Assembly: GCA_964658305.1 (NCBI GenBank)
Contig: OZ210885.1
Location: forward strand, 26,164,001 to 26,228,000
DNA from: Leptogorgia sarmentosa
Taxonomy: Eukaryota
Direction: 5' to 3'
Length of the DNA: 64,000 nucleotides
Positions 16,101 to 34,100 of this stretch are shown piece after piece. The translations under genes were made by a program, and so were the position numbers. The notes beneath the pieces were generated by a model. It was not told the DNA's origin. It made no database searches and saw nothing but the letters and a program-made list of their open reading frames with translations. Position 1 is the first letter of the stretch. Each line of letters starts with the position of its first letter.

Positions 16101-19100
16101 ATTAACGATCATGATTACGATTAACGATTATGATTATGATTGACGATCATCATTATGATTAACGATCCTGAATATGATTAACGATCATGATTATGATTAA
16201 CGATCATGATTAACTTTGACGATCATGGTTATCATTAACGATCATGATTATGATTAACGATCATGATTATTATTAACCATCATGATTAACGATCATGATT
16301 AACGATCATGATCATGATTAACGATCACGATTATGATTAACGATCATGATTATGATTAACGTTCGTGATTATGATTAGCGGTCATGATAATGATTAACGA
16401 TCATGTTTATGATTAACGATCATGATTATGATTAACGATCACGATTACGATTAACGATCATGAATATGATTAACGATCATGATTATGATTAACGATCATG
16501 ATTACGATTAACGATGATGATTATGATTGAGGATGATGATTGACTATCAGGAATTCGATTTACGATCATGATAATGATTAACGATCATGTTTATGATTAA
16601 CGATCATGATTATGATTAACGATCACGATTACGATTAACGATCATGAATATGATTAACGATCATGATTATGATTAACGATCATGATTACGATTAACGATG
16701 ATGATTATGATTGAGGATGATGATTGACTATCAGGAATTCGATTTACGATCATGATTATGATTAACGATCATGACCATGATTAACGATCATGATTATGAT
16801 TTACGATCATGATTATGATTAACGATCATGACCATGATTAACGATCATGATTATGATTAACGATCATGATTATGATTAACGATCACGATTACGATTAACG
16901 ATCATGAATATGATTAACGATCATGATTATGATTAACGATCATGATTACGATTAACGATCATGATTATTATTAACCATCATGATTAACGATCATGATTAA
17001 CGATCATGATCATGATTAACGATCACGATTATGATTAACGATCATGATTATGATTAACGTTCGTGATTATGATTAGCGGTCATGATAATGATTAACGATC
17101 ATGTTTATGATTAACGATCATGATTATGATTAACGATCACGATTACGATTAACGATCATGAATATGATTAACGATCATGATTATGATTAACGATCATGAT
17201 TACGATTAACGATGATGATTATGATTGAGGATGATGATTGACTATCAGGAATTCGATTTACGATCATGACCATGATTAACGATCATGACCATGATTAACG
17301 ATCATGATTAATATTAACGATCATGATGATGATTAACGATAATGATTGTGTTTAACGATCATGATTAAGATCAACGATCATGATTATGATTAACGAACAT
17401 GATTATGTTTAATGATCGTGATTAACGATCATGATTATGATTAACGATCATGATTGTGATTAACGATCATGAATATGAATAACGATCATGATTATGATTA
17501 ACGATCATGATTACGATTAACGATCATTATTATGATTAGCGATGATGATTGACGATCAGGAATTCGATTTACGATCATGATTATGATTAACGATCATGAT
17601 CATTATTAACCATCATGATTAACGATCATGATTAACGATCATGATCATGATTAACGATCACGATTATGATTAACGATCATGATTATGATTAACGTTCGTG
17701 ATTATGATTAGCGGTCATGATAATGATTAACGATCATGTTTATGATTAACGATCATGATTATGATTAACGATCACGATTATGATTAACGATCATGATTAT
17801 TATTAACCATCATAATTAACGATCATGATTAACGACCATGATCATGATTAACGATCACGATTATGATTAACGATCATGATTATGATTAACGTTCGTGATT
17901 ATGATTAGCGGTCATGATAATGATTAACGATCATGTTTATGATTAACGATCATGATTATGATTAACGATCACGATTATGATTAACGATCATGAATATGAT
18001 TAACGATCATGATTATGATTAACGATCATGATTACGATTAACGATGATGATTATGATTGAGGATGATGATTGACTATCAGGAATTCGATTTACGATCATG
18101 ATTATGATTAACGATCATGACCATGATTAACGATCATTATTATGATTAGCGGTCATGATTATGATTGACGATCATGATTATGATTAACGATCATGAAGGT
18201 GATTAACGATCATGATTATGATTGACGATCATGATTATGATTAACGAACATGATTATGATTAACGATCATGATTATGATTAACGAACATGATTATGATTA
18301 ACCGCCATGATTATGATTAGCGATCATGATTATCACTAACGATCATGATTATGATTAACGATCACGATTAGCAATCATGATTATAATTAAGCATCATGAT
18401 TAATATTAACGATCATGATGATGATTAACGATAATGATTGTGTTTAACGATCATGATTAAGATCAACGATCATGATTATGATTAACGAACATGATTATGT
18501 TTAATGATCGTGATTAACGATCATGATTATGATTAACGATCATGATTGTGATTAACGATCATGAATATGAATAACGATCATGATTATGATTAACGATCAT
18601 GATTACGATTAACGATCATTATTATGATTAGCGATGATGATTGACGATCAGGAATTCGATTTACGATCATGATTATGATTAACGATCATGATCATTATTA
18701 ACCATCATGATTAACGATCATGATTAACGATCATGATCATGATTAACGATCACGATTATGATTAACGATCATGATTATGATTAACGTTCGTGATTATGAT
18801 TAGCGGTCATGATAATGATTAACGATCATGTTTATGATTAACGATCATGATTATGATTAACGATCACGATTATGATTAACGATCATGATTATTATTAACC
18901 ATCATAATTAACGATCATGATTAACGACCATGATCATGATTAACGATCACGATTATGATTAACGATCATGATTATGATTAACGTTCGTGATTATGATTAG
19001 CGGTCATGATAATGATTAACGATCATGTTTATGATTAACGATCATGATTATGATTAACGATCACGATTATGATTAACGATCATGAATATGATTAACGATC

Positions 19101-22100
19101 ATGATTATGATTAACGATCATGATTACGATTAACGATGATGATTATGATTGAGGATGATGATTGACTATCAGGAATTCGATTTACGATCATGATTATGAT
19201 TAACGATCATGACCATGATTAACGATCATGATTATGATTAGCGGTCATGATTATGATTGACGATCATGATTATGATTAACGATCATAAATATGATTAACG
19301 ATCATGATTATGATTGACGATCATGATTATGATTAACGAACATGATTATGATTAACGATCATGATTATGATTAACGAACATGATTATGATTAACCGCCAT
19401 GATTATGATTAGCGATCATGATTATCACTAACGATCATGATTATGATTAACGATCACGATTAGCAATCATGATTATAATTAAGCATCCTGATTAATATTA
19501 ACGATCATGATTATGATTAACGATAATGATTGTGTTTAACGATCATGATTAAGATCAACGATCATGATTATTATCATTATGTTTAATGATCGTGATTAAC
19601 GATCATGATTATGATTAACGATCATGATTGTGATTAACGATCATGAATATGAATAACGATCATGATTATGATTAACGATCATGATTACGATTAACGATCA
19701 TTATTATGATTAGCGATGATGATTCACGATCAGGAATTCGATTTACGATCATGATTATGATTAACGATCATGACCATGATTAACGATCATGACCATGATT
19801 AACGATCATGATTATGATTAGCGGTCATGATTATGATTGTCGATCATGATTATGATTAACGATTATGAATATGATTAACGATCATGATTATGATTAACAA
19901 TCATGATTGACGATCATGATTATGATTAACGATCATGATTGACGATCATGATTATGATTGACTATCATGATTATGATTAGCGGTCATGATTATGATTGAC
20001 GATCATGATTATGATTAACGATCATGAATATGATTAACGATCATGATTGACGATCATGATTATGATTGACTATCATGATTATGATTTGCGGTCATGATTA
20101 TGATTGACGATGATGATTATGATCAAAGATCATGATTAGCGATCATATTAACGATCATGATTATGATTAACGATGATGATTTTGATTAACGATCATGATT
20201 ATGATTAAAGATTATGATTAAGATTAATGATCATGATTATGATTAACGATCATGATTAGCGATCATGATTATGATTAACGATCATGATTATGATTAACGA
20301 TCATGATTATGGTTAGCGATTATGATTATCATTAACGATCATGGTTATGGTTAACGATCATGATTATGATTAACGATGATGATTTTGATTAACGATCATG
20401 ATTATGATTAAAGATTATGATTATGATTAATGATCATGATTATGATTAACGATCATGATTAGCGATCATGATTATGATTAACGATCATGATTATGATTAA
20501 CGATCATGATTATGATTAGCGATTATGATTATCATTGACGATCATGGTTATGGTTGACGATAATGATTATGATTAACGATCATGATTATGATTAACGATG
20601 ATGACTTTGATTAACGATCATGATTATGATTAAAGATTATGATTATGATTAATGATCATGATTATGATTAACGATCATGATTAACGATCATGATTATGAT
20701 TAACTATCATGATTATGATTAACGATCATGATTATGATTAACGATCATGATTACGATTAACGATTATGATTATGATTGACGATCATGATTATTATTAACG
20801 ATCCTGAATATGATTAACGATCATGATTATGATTAACGATCATGATTATCTTTGACGATCATAGTTATCATTAACGATCATGATTATGATTAACGATCAT
20901 GATTATTATTAACCATCATAATTAACGATCATGCTTATGATAAACGATCATAATAAAGACTCACGATCATGATTATCATTACTGATTATGATTAACGATC
21001 ACGATTATGATTAACGACCATGATTAATATTAACGATCATGATTATGATTAAAGATAATGATTGTGTTTAACGATCATGATTAAGATCAACGATCATGAT
21101 TATGATTAACGAACATGATTATGTTTAATGATCGTGATTAACGATCATGATTATGATTAACGATCATCATTATGATTAACGATCATGAATATGATTAACG
21201 ATCATGATTATGATTAACGATCATGATTACGATTAACGATCATGATTATGATTAACGATGATGATTGACGATCAGGAATTCGATTTATGATCATGATTAT
21301 GATTAACGATCATGACCATGATTAACGATCATGATTATGATTAACGATGATGATTGACGATCATGAATTTGATTAATTATTATAATTATGATTAGCGGTC
21401 ATGATTATGATTGACGATCATGATTATGATTAACGTTCATGAATATGAGTAACGATCATGAATATGATTAACGATCATGATTATGATTAGCGGTCATGAT
21501 TATGATTGTCGATCATGATTAACGATCATGATTATGATTAACTATCATGATTATGATTAACGATCATGATTATGATTAACGATCATGATTACGATTAACG
21601 ATTATGATTATGATTGACGATGATGATTATGATTAACGATCCTGAATATGATTAACGATCATGATTATGATTAACGATCATGATTATGTTCGACGATCAT
21701 GGTTATGATTAACGATCATGATTATGATTAACCATCATGATTAACGATCATGATTAACGATCATGATGATGATTAACGATCACGATTATGATTAACGATC
21801 ATGATTATGATTAACGCTCGTGATTATGATTAACTGTCATGATTATAATTAACGATCATGCTTATGATAAACGATCATAATAAAGATTCACGATCATGAT
21901 TATCACTACTGATTATGATTAATGATCATGATTTGATTAACGATCATGATTATGATTAACGATCGTGATTATGATTAACGATCATGAATTTGATTAACGA
22001 TCATGATTATGATCAAAGATCATGATTAGCGATCATATTAACGATCATGATTATGATTAACGATGATGATTTTGATTAACGATCATGATTATGATTAAAG

Positions 22101-25100
22101 ATTATGATTATGATTAATGATCATGATTATGATTAACGATGATGATTAACGATCATGATTATGATTAACTATCATGAATATGATTAACGATCATGATTAT
22201 GATTAACGATCATGATTATCTTTGACGATCATGGTTATCATTAACGATCATGATTATGATTAACGATCATGATTATTATTAACCATCATAATTAACGATC
22301 ATGCTTATGATAAACGATGATAATAAAGACTCACGAACATGATTATCATTACTGATTATGATTAACGATCACGATTATGATTAACGATCATGATTAATAT
22401 TAACGATCATGATTATGATTAACGATAATGATTGTGTTTAACGATCATGATTAAGATCAACGATCATGATTATGATTAACGAACATGATTATGTTTAATG
22501 ATCGTGATTAACGATCATGATTATGATTAACGATCATGATTATGATTAACGATCATGAATATGATTAACGATCATGATTATGATTAACGATCATGGTTAT
22601 GATTAACGATCATGATTATGATTAACCATCATGAATATGATTAACGATCATGATTATGATTAACAATCATGATTGACGATCATGATTATGATTAACGATC
22701 ATGATTGACGATCATGATTATGATTGACTATCATGAATATGATTAGCGGTCATGATTATGATTGACGATCATGATTATGATCAAAGATCATGATTAGCGA
22801 TCATATTAACGATCATGATTATGATTAACGATGATGATTTTGATTAACGATCATGATTATGATTAAAGATTATGATTATGATTAATGATCATGATTATGA
22901 TTAACGATCATGATTAGCGATCATGATTATGATTAACGATCATGATTATGATTAACGATCATGATTATGGTTAGCGATTATGATTATCATTAACGATCAT
23001 GGTTATGGTTAACGATCATGATTATGATTAACGATGATGATTTTGATTAACGATCATGATTATGATTAAAGATTATGATTATGATTAATGATCATGATTA
23101 TGATTAACGATCATGATTAGCGATCATGATTATGATTAACGATCATGATTATGATTAACGATCATGATTATGATTAGCGATTATGATTATCATTGACGAT
23201 CATGGTTATGGTTGACGATAATGATTATGATTAACGATCATGATTATGATTAACGATGATGACTTTGATTAACGATCATGATTATGATTAAAGATTATGA
23301 TTATGATTAATGATCATGATTATGATTAACGATCATGATTAACGATCATGATTATGATTAACTATCATGATTATGATTAACGATCATGATTATGATTAAC
23401 GATCATGATTACGATTAACGATTATGATTATGATTGACGATCATGATTATTATTAACGATCCTGAATATGATTAACGATCATGATTATGATTAACGATCA
23501 TGATTATCTTTGACGATCATAGTTATCATTAACGATCATGATTATGATTAACGATCATGATTATTATTAACCATCATAATTAACGATCATGCTTATGATA
23601 AACGATCATAATAAAGACTCACGATCATGATTATCATTACTGATTATGATTAACGATCACGATTATGATTAACGACCATGATTAATATTAACGATCATGA
23701 TTATGATTAACGATAATGATTGTGTTTAACGATCATGATTAAGATCAACGATCATGATTATGATTAACGAACATGATTATGTTTAATGATCGTGATTAAC
23801 GATCATGATTATGATTAACGATCATCATTATGATTAACGATCATGAATATGATTAACGATCATGATTATGATTAACGATCATGATTACGATTAACGATCA
23901 TGATTATGATTAACGATGATGATTGACGATCAGGAATTCGATTTATGATCATGATTATGATTAACGATCATGACCATGATTAACGATCATGATTATGATT
24001 AACGATGATGATTGACGATCATGAATTTGATTAATTATTATAATTATGATTAGCGGTCATGATTATGATTGACGATCATGATTATGATTAACGTTCATGA
24101 ATATGAGTAACGATCATGAATATGATTAACGATCATGATTATGATTAGCGGTCATGATTATGATTGTCGATCATGATTAACGATCATGATTATGATTAAC
24201 TATCATGATTATGATTAACGATCATGATTATGATTAACGATCATGATTACGATTAACGATTATGATTATGATTGACGATGATGATTATGATTAACGATCC
24301 TGAATATGATTAACGATCATGATTATGATTAACGATCATGATTATGTTCGACCATCATGGTTATGATTAACGATCATGATTATGATTAACCATCATGATT
24401 AACGATCATGATTAACGATCATGATGATGATTAACGATCACGATTATGATTAACGATCATGATTATGATTAACGCTCGTGATTATGATTAACTGTCATGA
24501 TTATAATTAACGATCATGCTTATGATAAACGATCATAATAAAGATTCACGATCATGATTATCACTACTGATTATGATTAATGATCATGATTTGATTAACG
24601 ATCATGATTATGATTAACGATCGTGATTATGATTAACGATCATGAATTTGATTAACGATCATGATTATGATCAAAGATCATGATTAGCGATCATATTAAC
24701 GATCATGATTATGATTAACGATGATGATTTTGATTAACGATCATGATTATGATTAAAGATTATGATTATGATTAATGATCATGATTATGATTAACGATGA
24801 TGATTAACGATCATGATTATGATTAACTATCATGATTATGATTAACGATCATGATTATGATTAACGATCATGATTATCTTTGACGATCATGGTTATCATT
24901 AACGATCATGATTATGATTAACGATCATGATTATTATTAACCATCATAATTAACGATCATGCTTATGATAAACGATGATAATAAAGACTCACGAACATGA
25001 TTATCATTACTGATTATGATTAACGATCACGATTATGATTAACGATCATGATTAATATTAACGATCATGATTATGATTAACGATAATGATTGTGTTTAAC

Positions 25101-28100
25101 GATCATGATTAAGATCAACGATCATGATTATGATTAACGAACATGATTATGTTTAATGATCGTGATTAACGATCATGATTATGATTAACGATCATGATTA
25201 TGATTAACGATCATGAATATGATTAACGATCATGATTATGATTAACGATCATGGTTATGATTAACGATCATGATTATGATTAACCATCATGAATATGATT
25301 AACGATCATGATTATGATTAACAATCATGATTGACGATCATGATTATGATTAACGATCATGATTGACGATCATGATTATGATTGACTATCATGAATATGA
25401 TTAGCGGTCATGATTATGATTGACGATCATGATTATGATTAACGATCATGAATATGATTAACGATCATGATTATGATTAACGATCATGATTACGATTAAC
25501 GATTATGATTATGATTGACGATCATCATTATGATTAACGATCCTGAATATGATTAACGATCATGATTATGATTAACGATCATGATTAACTTTGACGATCA
25601 TGGTTATCATTAACGATCATGATTATGATTAACGATCATGATTATTATTAACCATCATGATTAACGATCATGATTAACGATCATGATCATGATTAACGAT
25701 CACGATTATGATTAACGATCATGATTATGATTAACGTTCGTGATTATGATTAGCGGTCATGATAATGATTAACGATCATGTTTATGATTAACGATCATGA
25801 TTATGATTAACGATCACGATTACAATTAACGATCATGAATATGATTAACGATCATGATTATGATTAACGATCATGATTACGATTAACGATGATGATTATG
25901 ATTGAGGATGATGATTGACTATCAGGAATTCGATTTACGATCATGATTATGATTAACGATCATGACCATGATTAACGATCATGATTATGATTAGCGGTCA
26001 TGATTATGATTGACGATCATGATTATGATTAACGATCATAAAGAAGATTAACGATCATGATTATGATTGACGATCATGATTATGATTAACGAACATGATT
26101 ATGATTAACGATCATGATTATGATTAACGAACATGATTATGATTAACCGCCATGATTATGATTAGCGATCATGATTATCACTAACGATCATGATTATGAT
26201 TAACGATCACGATTAGCAATCAGGATTATAATTAAGCATCATGATTAATATTAACGATCATGATTATGATTAACGATAATGATTGTGTTTAACGATCATG
26301 ATTAAGATCAACGATCATGATTATGATTAACGAACATGATTATGTTTAATGATCGTGATTAACGATCATGATTATGATTAACGATCATGATTGTGATTAA
26401 CGATCATGAATATGAATAACGATCATGATTATGATTAACGATCATGATTACGATTAACGATCATTATTATGATTAGCGATGATGATTGACGATCAGGAAT
26501 TCGATTTACGATCATGATTATGATTAACGATCATGACCATGATTAACGATCATGACCATGATTAACGATCATGATTATGATTAGCGGTCATGATTATGAT
26601 TGTCGATCATGATTATGATTAACGATCATGAATATGATTAACGATCATGATTATGATTAACAGTCATGATTGACGATCATGATTATGATTAACGATCATG
26701 ATTGACGATCATGATTATGATTGACTATCATGATTATGATTAGCGGTCATGATTATGATTGACGATCATGATTATGATTAACGATCATGAATATGATTAA
26801 CGATCATGATTGACGATCATGATTATGATTGACTATCATGATTATGATTTGCGGTCATGATTATGATTGACGATGATGATTATGATCAAAGATCATGATT
26901 AGCGATCATATTAACGATCATGATTTTGATTAACGATCATGATTATGATTAAAGATTATGATTATGATTAATGATCATGATTATGATTAACGATCATGAT
27001 TAGCGATCATGATTATGATTAACGATCATGATTATGATTAACGATCATGATTATGATTAGCGATTATGATTATCATTGACGATCATGGTTATGGTTAACG
27101 ATCATGATTATGATTAACGATGATGATTTTGATTAACGATCATGATTATGATTAAAGATTATGATTATGATTAATGATCATGATTATGATTAACGATCAT
27201 GATTAGCGATCATGATTATGATTAACGATCATGATTATGATTAACGATCATGAAATGATTAGCGATTATGATTATCATTGACGATCATGGTTATGGTTGA
27301 CGATAATGATTATGATTAACGATCATGATTATGATTAACGATGATGACTTTGATTAACGATCATGATTATGATTAAAGATTATGATTATGATTAATGATC
27401 ATGATTATGATTAACGATCATGATTAACGATCATGATTATGATTAACTATCATGATTATGATTAACGATCATGATTATGATTAACGATCATGATTACGAT
27501 TAACGATTATGATTATGATTGACGATCATGATTATTATTAACGATCCTGAATATGATTAACGATCATGATTATGATTAACGATCATGATTATCTTTGACG
27601 ATCATAGTTATCATTAACGATCATGATTATGATTAACGATCATGATTATAATTAACCATCATAATTAACGATCATGCTTATGATAAACGATCATAATAAA
27701 GACTCACGATCATGATTATCATTACTGATTATGATTAACGATCACGATTATGATTAACGACCATGATTAATATTAACGATCATGATTATGATTAACGATA
27801 ATGATTGTGTTTAACGATCATGATTAAGATCAACGATCATGATTATGATTAACGAACATGATTATGTTTAATGATCGTGATTAACGATCATGATTATGAT
27901 TAACGATCATCATTATGATTAACGATCGTGAATATGATTAACGATCATGATTATGATTAACGATCATGATTACGATTAACGATCATGATTATGATTAACG
28001 ATGATGATTGACGATCAGGAATTCGATTTATGATCATGATTATGATTAACGATCATGACCATGATTAACGATCATGATTATGATTAACGATGATGATTGA

Positions 28101-31100
28101 CGATCATGAATTTGATTAATTATTATAATTATGATTAGCGGTCATGATTATGATTGACGATCATGATTATGATTAACGTTCATGAATATGATTAACCATC
28201 ATGAATATGATTAACGATCATGATTATGATTAGCGGTCATGATTATGATTGTCGATCATGATTATGATTAACGATCATGATTATGTTTGACGATCATGGT
28301 TATGATCAACGATCATGATTATGAATAACCATCGTGATTAACGATCATGATTAACGATCATGATGATGATTAACGATCACGATTATGATTAACGATCATG
28401 ATTATGATTAACGATCATGATTATGATTAACGATCATGATTACGATTAACGATCATGATTATGATTAACGATGATGATTGACGATCAGGGATTCGATTTA
28501 TGATCATGATTATGATTAACGATCATGATTATGATTAACCATCGTGATTAACGATCATGATTAACGATCATGATGATGATTAACGATCACGATTATGATT
28601 AACGATCATGATTATGATTAACGATCATGATTATCTTTGACGATCATGGTTATCATTAACGATCATGATTATGATTAACGATCATGATTATTATTAACCA
28701 TCATAATTAACGATCATGCTTATGATAAACGATCATAATAAAGACTCACGATCATGATTATCATTACTGATTATGATTAACGATCACGATTATGATTAAC
28801 GACCATGATTAATATTAACGATCATGATTATGATTAACGATAATGATTGTGTTTAACGATCATGATTAAGATCAACGATCATGATTATGATTAACGAACA
28901 TGATTATGTTTAATGATCGTGATTAACGATCATGATTATGATTAACGATCATGATTATGATTAACGATCATGAATATGATTAACGATCATGATTATGATT
29001 AACGATCATGATTACGATTAACGATCATGATTATGATTAACGATAATGATAGACGATCAGGAATTCGATTTATGATCATGATTATGATTAACGATCATGA
29101 CCATGATTAACGATCATGATTATGATTAACGATGATGATTGACGATCATGAATTTGATTAATTATTATAATTATGATTAGCGGTCATGATTATGATTGAC
29201 GATCATGATTATGATTAACGTTCATGAATATGATTAACGATCATGAATATGATTAACGATCATGATTATGATTAGCGGTCATGATTATGATTGTCGATCA
29301 TGATTATGATTAACGATCATGATTATGTTTGACGATCATGGTTATGATCAACGATCATGATTATGATTAACCATCGTGATTAACGATCATGATTAACGAT
29401 CATGATGATGCTTAACGATCACGATTATGATTAACGATCATGATTATGATTAACGATCATGATTATGATTAACGATCATGATTACGATTAACGATCATGA
29501 TTATGATTAACGATGATGATTGACGATCAGGAATTCGATTTATGATCATGATTATGATTAACGATCATGACCATGATTAACGATCATGATTATGATTAGC
29601 GATGATGATTGACGATCATGAATTTGATTAATTATTATAATTATGATTAGCGGTCATGATTATGATTGACGATCATGATTATGATTAACGTTCATGAATA
29701 TGATTAACGATCATGAATATGATTAACGATCATGATTATGATTAGCGGTCATGATTATGATTGTCGATCATGATTATGATTAACGATCATGATTATGTTT
29801 GACGATCATGGTTATGATCAACGATCATGATTATGATTAACCATCGTGATTAACGATCATGATTAACGATCATGATGATGATTAACGATCACGATTATGA
29901 TTAACGATCATGATTATGATTAACGTTCGTGATTATGATTAACTGTCATGATTATAATTAACGATCATGCCTATGATAAACGATCATAATAAATATTCAC
30001 GATCATGATTATCACTACTGATTATGATTAACGATCATGATTATGATTAACGATCATGATTACGATTAACGATCATGATTATGATTAACGATGATGATTG
30101 ACGATCAGGAATTCGATTTATGATCATGATTATGATTAACGATCATGACCATGATTAACGATCATGATTATGATTAACGATGATGATTGACGATCATGAA
30201 TTTGATTAATTATTATAATTATGATTAGCGGTCATGATTATGATTGACGATCATGATTATGATTAACGTTCATGAATATGATTAACGATCATGAATATGA
30301 TTAACGATCATGATTATGATTAGCGGTCATGATTATGATTGTCGATCATGATTATGATTAACGATCATGATTATGTTTGACGATCATGGTTATGATCAAC
30401 GATCATGATTATGATTAACCATCGTGATTAACAATCATGATTAACGATCATGATGATGATTAACGATCACAATTATGATTAACGATCATGATTATGATTA
30501 ACGTTCGTGATTATGATTAACTGTCATGATTATAATTAACGATCATGCTTATGATAAACGATCATAATAAATATTCACGATCATGATTATCACTACTGAT
30601 TATGATTAATGATCATGATTATGATTAACGATCATGATTATGATTAACGATCGTGATTATGATTAACGATCATGAATTTGATTAACGATCATGATTATGA
30701 TCAAAGATCATGATTAGCGATCATATTAACGATCATCATTATGATTAACGATGATGATTTTGATTAACGATCATGATTATGATTAACGATCATGATTAAC
30801 GATCATGATTATGATTAACTATCATGATTATGATTAATGATCATGATTATGATTAACAATCATGATTACGATTAACGATTATGATTATGATTGACGATCA
30901 TGATTATGATTAACGATCCTGAATATGATTAACGATCATGATTATGATTAACGATCATGATTATCTTTGACGATCATGGTTATCATTAACGATCATGTTT
31001 ATGATTAACGATCATGATTGTGATTAACGATCATAATATGATTAACGATCATGATTATGATTAACGATCATGATTACGATTAACGATCATTATTATGATT

Positions 31101-34100
31101 AGCGATGATGATTGACGATCAGGAATTCGATTTACGATCATGATTATGATTAACTATCATGACCATGATTAACGATCATGATTATGATTAGCGATGATGA
31201 TTGACGATCAGGAATTCGATTTACGATCATGATTATGATTAACGATCATGACCATGATTAACGATCATGATTATGATTAACGATGATGATTGACGATCAT
31301 GATTATGATTGACTATCATGATTATGATTAACGATCCTGAATATGATTAACGATCATGATTATGATTAACGATCATGATTATCTTTGACGATCATAGTTA
31401 TCATTAACGATCATGATTATGATTAACGATCATGATTATTATTAACCATCATAATTAACGATCATGCTTATGATAAACGATCATAATAAAGACTCACGAT
31501 CATGATTATCATTACTGATTATGATTAACGATCACGATTATGATTAACGACCATGATTAATATTAACGATCATGATTATGATTAACGATAATGATTGTGT
31601 TTAACGATCATGATTAAGATCAACGATCATGATTATGATTAACGAACATGATTATGTTTAATGATCGTGATTAACGATCATGATTATGATTAACGATCAT
31701 CATTATGATTAACGATCATGAATATGATTAACGATCATGATTATGATTAACGATCATGATTACGATTAACGATCATGATTATGATTAACGATGATGATTG
31801 ACGATCAGGAATTCGATTTATGATCATGATTATGATTAACGATCATGACCATGATTAACGATCATGATTATGATTAACGATGATGATTGACGATCATGAA
31901 TTTGATTAATTATTATAATTATGATTAGCGGTCTTGATTATGATTGACGATCATGATTATGATTAACGTTCATGAATATGAGTAACGATCATGAATATGA
32001 TTAACGATCATGATTATGATTAGCGGTCATGATTATGATTGTCGATCATGATTAACGATCATGATTATGATTAACTATCATGATTATGATTAACGATCAT
32101 GATTATGATTAACGATCATGATTACGATTAACGATTATGATTATCATTGACGATGATGATTATGATTAACGATCCTGAATATGATTAACGATCATGATTA
32201 TGATTAACGATCATGATTATGTTCGACGATCATGGTTATGATTAACGATCATGATTATGATTAACCATCATGATTAACGATCATGATTAACGATCATGAT
32301 GATGATTAACGATCACGATTATGATTAACGATCATGATTATGATTAACGCTCGTGATTATGATTAACTGTCATGATTATAATTAACGATCATGCTTATGA
32401 TAAACGATCATAATAAAGATTCACGATCATGATTATCACTACTGATTATGATTAATGATCATGATTTGATTAACGATCATGATTATGATTAACGATCGTG
32501 ATTATGATTAACGATCATGAATTTGATTAACGATCATGATTATGATCAAAGATCATGATTAGCGATCATATTAACGATCATGATTATGATTAACGATGAT
32601 GATTTTGATTAACGATCATGATTATGATTAAAGATTATGATTATGATTAATGATCATGATTATGATTAACGATGATGATTAACGATCATGATTATGATTA
32701 ACTATCATGATTATGATTAACGATCATGATTATGATTAACGATCATGATTATCTTTGACGATCATGGTTATCATTAACGATCATGATTATGATTAACGAT
32801 CATGATTATTATTAACCATCATAATTAACGATCATGCTTATGATAAACGATGATAATAAAGACTCACGAACATGATTATCATTACTGATTATGATTAACG
32901 ATCACGATTATGATTAACGATCATGATTAATATTAACGATCATGATTATGATTAACGATAATGATTGTGTTTAACGATCATGATTAAGATCAACGATCAT
33001 GATTATGATTAACGAACATGATTATGTTTAATGATCGTGATTAACGATCATGATTATGATTAACGATCATGATTATGATTAACGATCATGAATATGATTA
33101 ACGATCATGATTATGATTAACGATCATGGTTATGATTAACGATCATGATTATGATTAACCATCATGAATATGATTAACGATCATGATTATGATTAACAAT
33201 CATGATTGACGATCATGATTATGATTAACGATCATGATTGACGATCATGATTATGATTGACTATCATGAATATGATTAGCGGTCATGATTATGATTGACG
33301 ATCATGATTATGATTAACGATCATGAATATGATTAACGATCATGATTATGATTAACGATCATGATTACGATTAACGATTATGATTATGATTGACGATCAT
33401 CATTATGATTAACGATCCTGAATATGATTAACGATCATGATTATGATTAACGATCATGATTAACTTTGACGATCATGGTTATCATTAACGATCATGATTA
33501 TGATTAACGATCATGATTATTATTAACCATCATGATTAACGATCATGATTAACGATCATGATCATGATTAACGATCACGATTATGATTAACGATCATGAT
33601 TATGATTAACGTTCGTGATTATGATTAGCGGTCATGATAATGATTAACGATCATGTTTATGATTAACGATCATGATTATGATTAACGATCACGATTACAA
33701 TTAACGATCATGAATATGATTAACGATCATGATTATGATTAACGATCATGATTACGATTAACGATGATGATTATGATTGAGGATGATGATTGACTATCAG
33801 GAATTCGATTTACGATCATGATTATGATTAACGATCATGACCATGATTAACGATCATGATTATGATTAGCGGTCATGATTATGATTGACGATCATGATTA
33901 TGATTAACGATCATAAAGAAGATTAACGATCATGATTATGATTGACGATCATGATTATGATTAACGAACATGATTATGATTAACGATCATGATTATGATT
34001 AACGAACATGATTATGATTAACCGCCATGATTATGATTAGCGATCATGATTATCACTAACGATCATGATTATGATTACCGATCACGATTAGCAATCAGGA

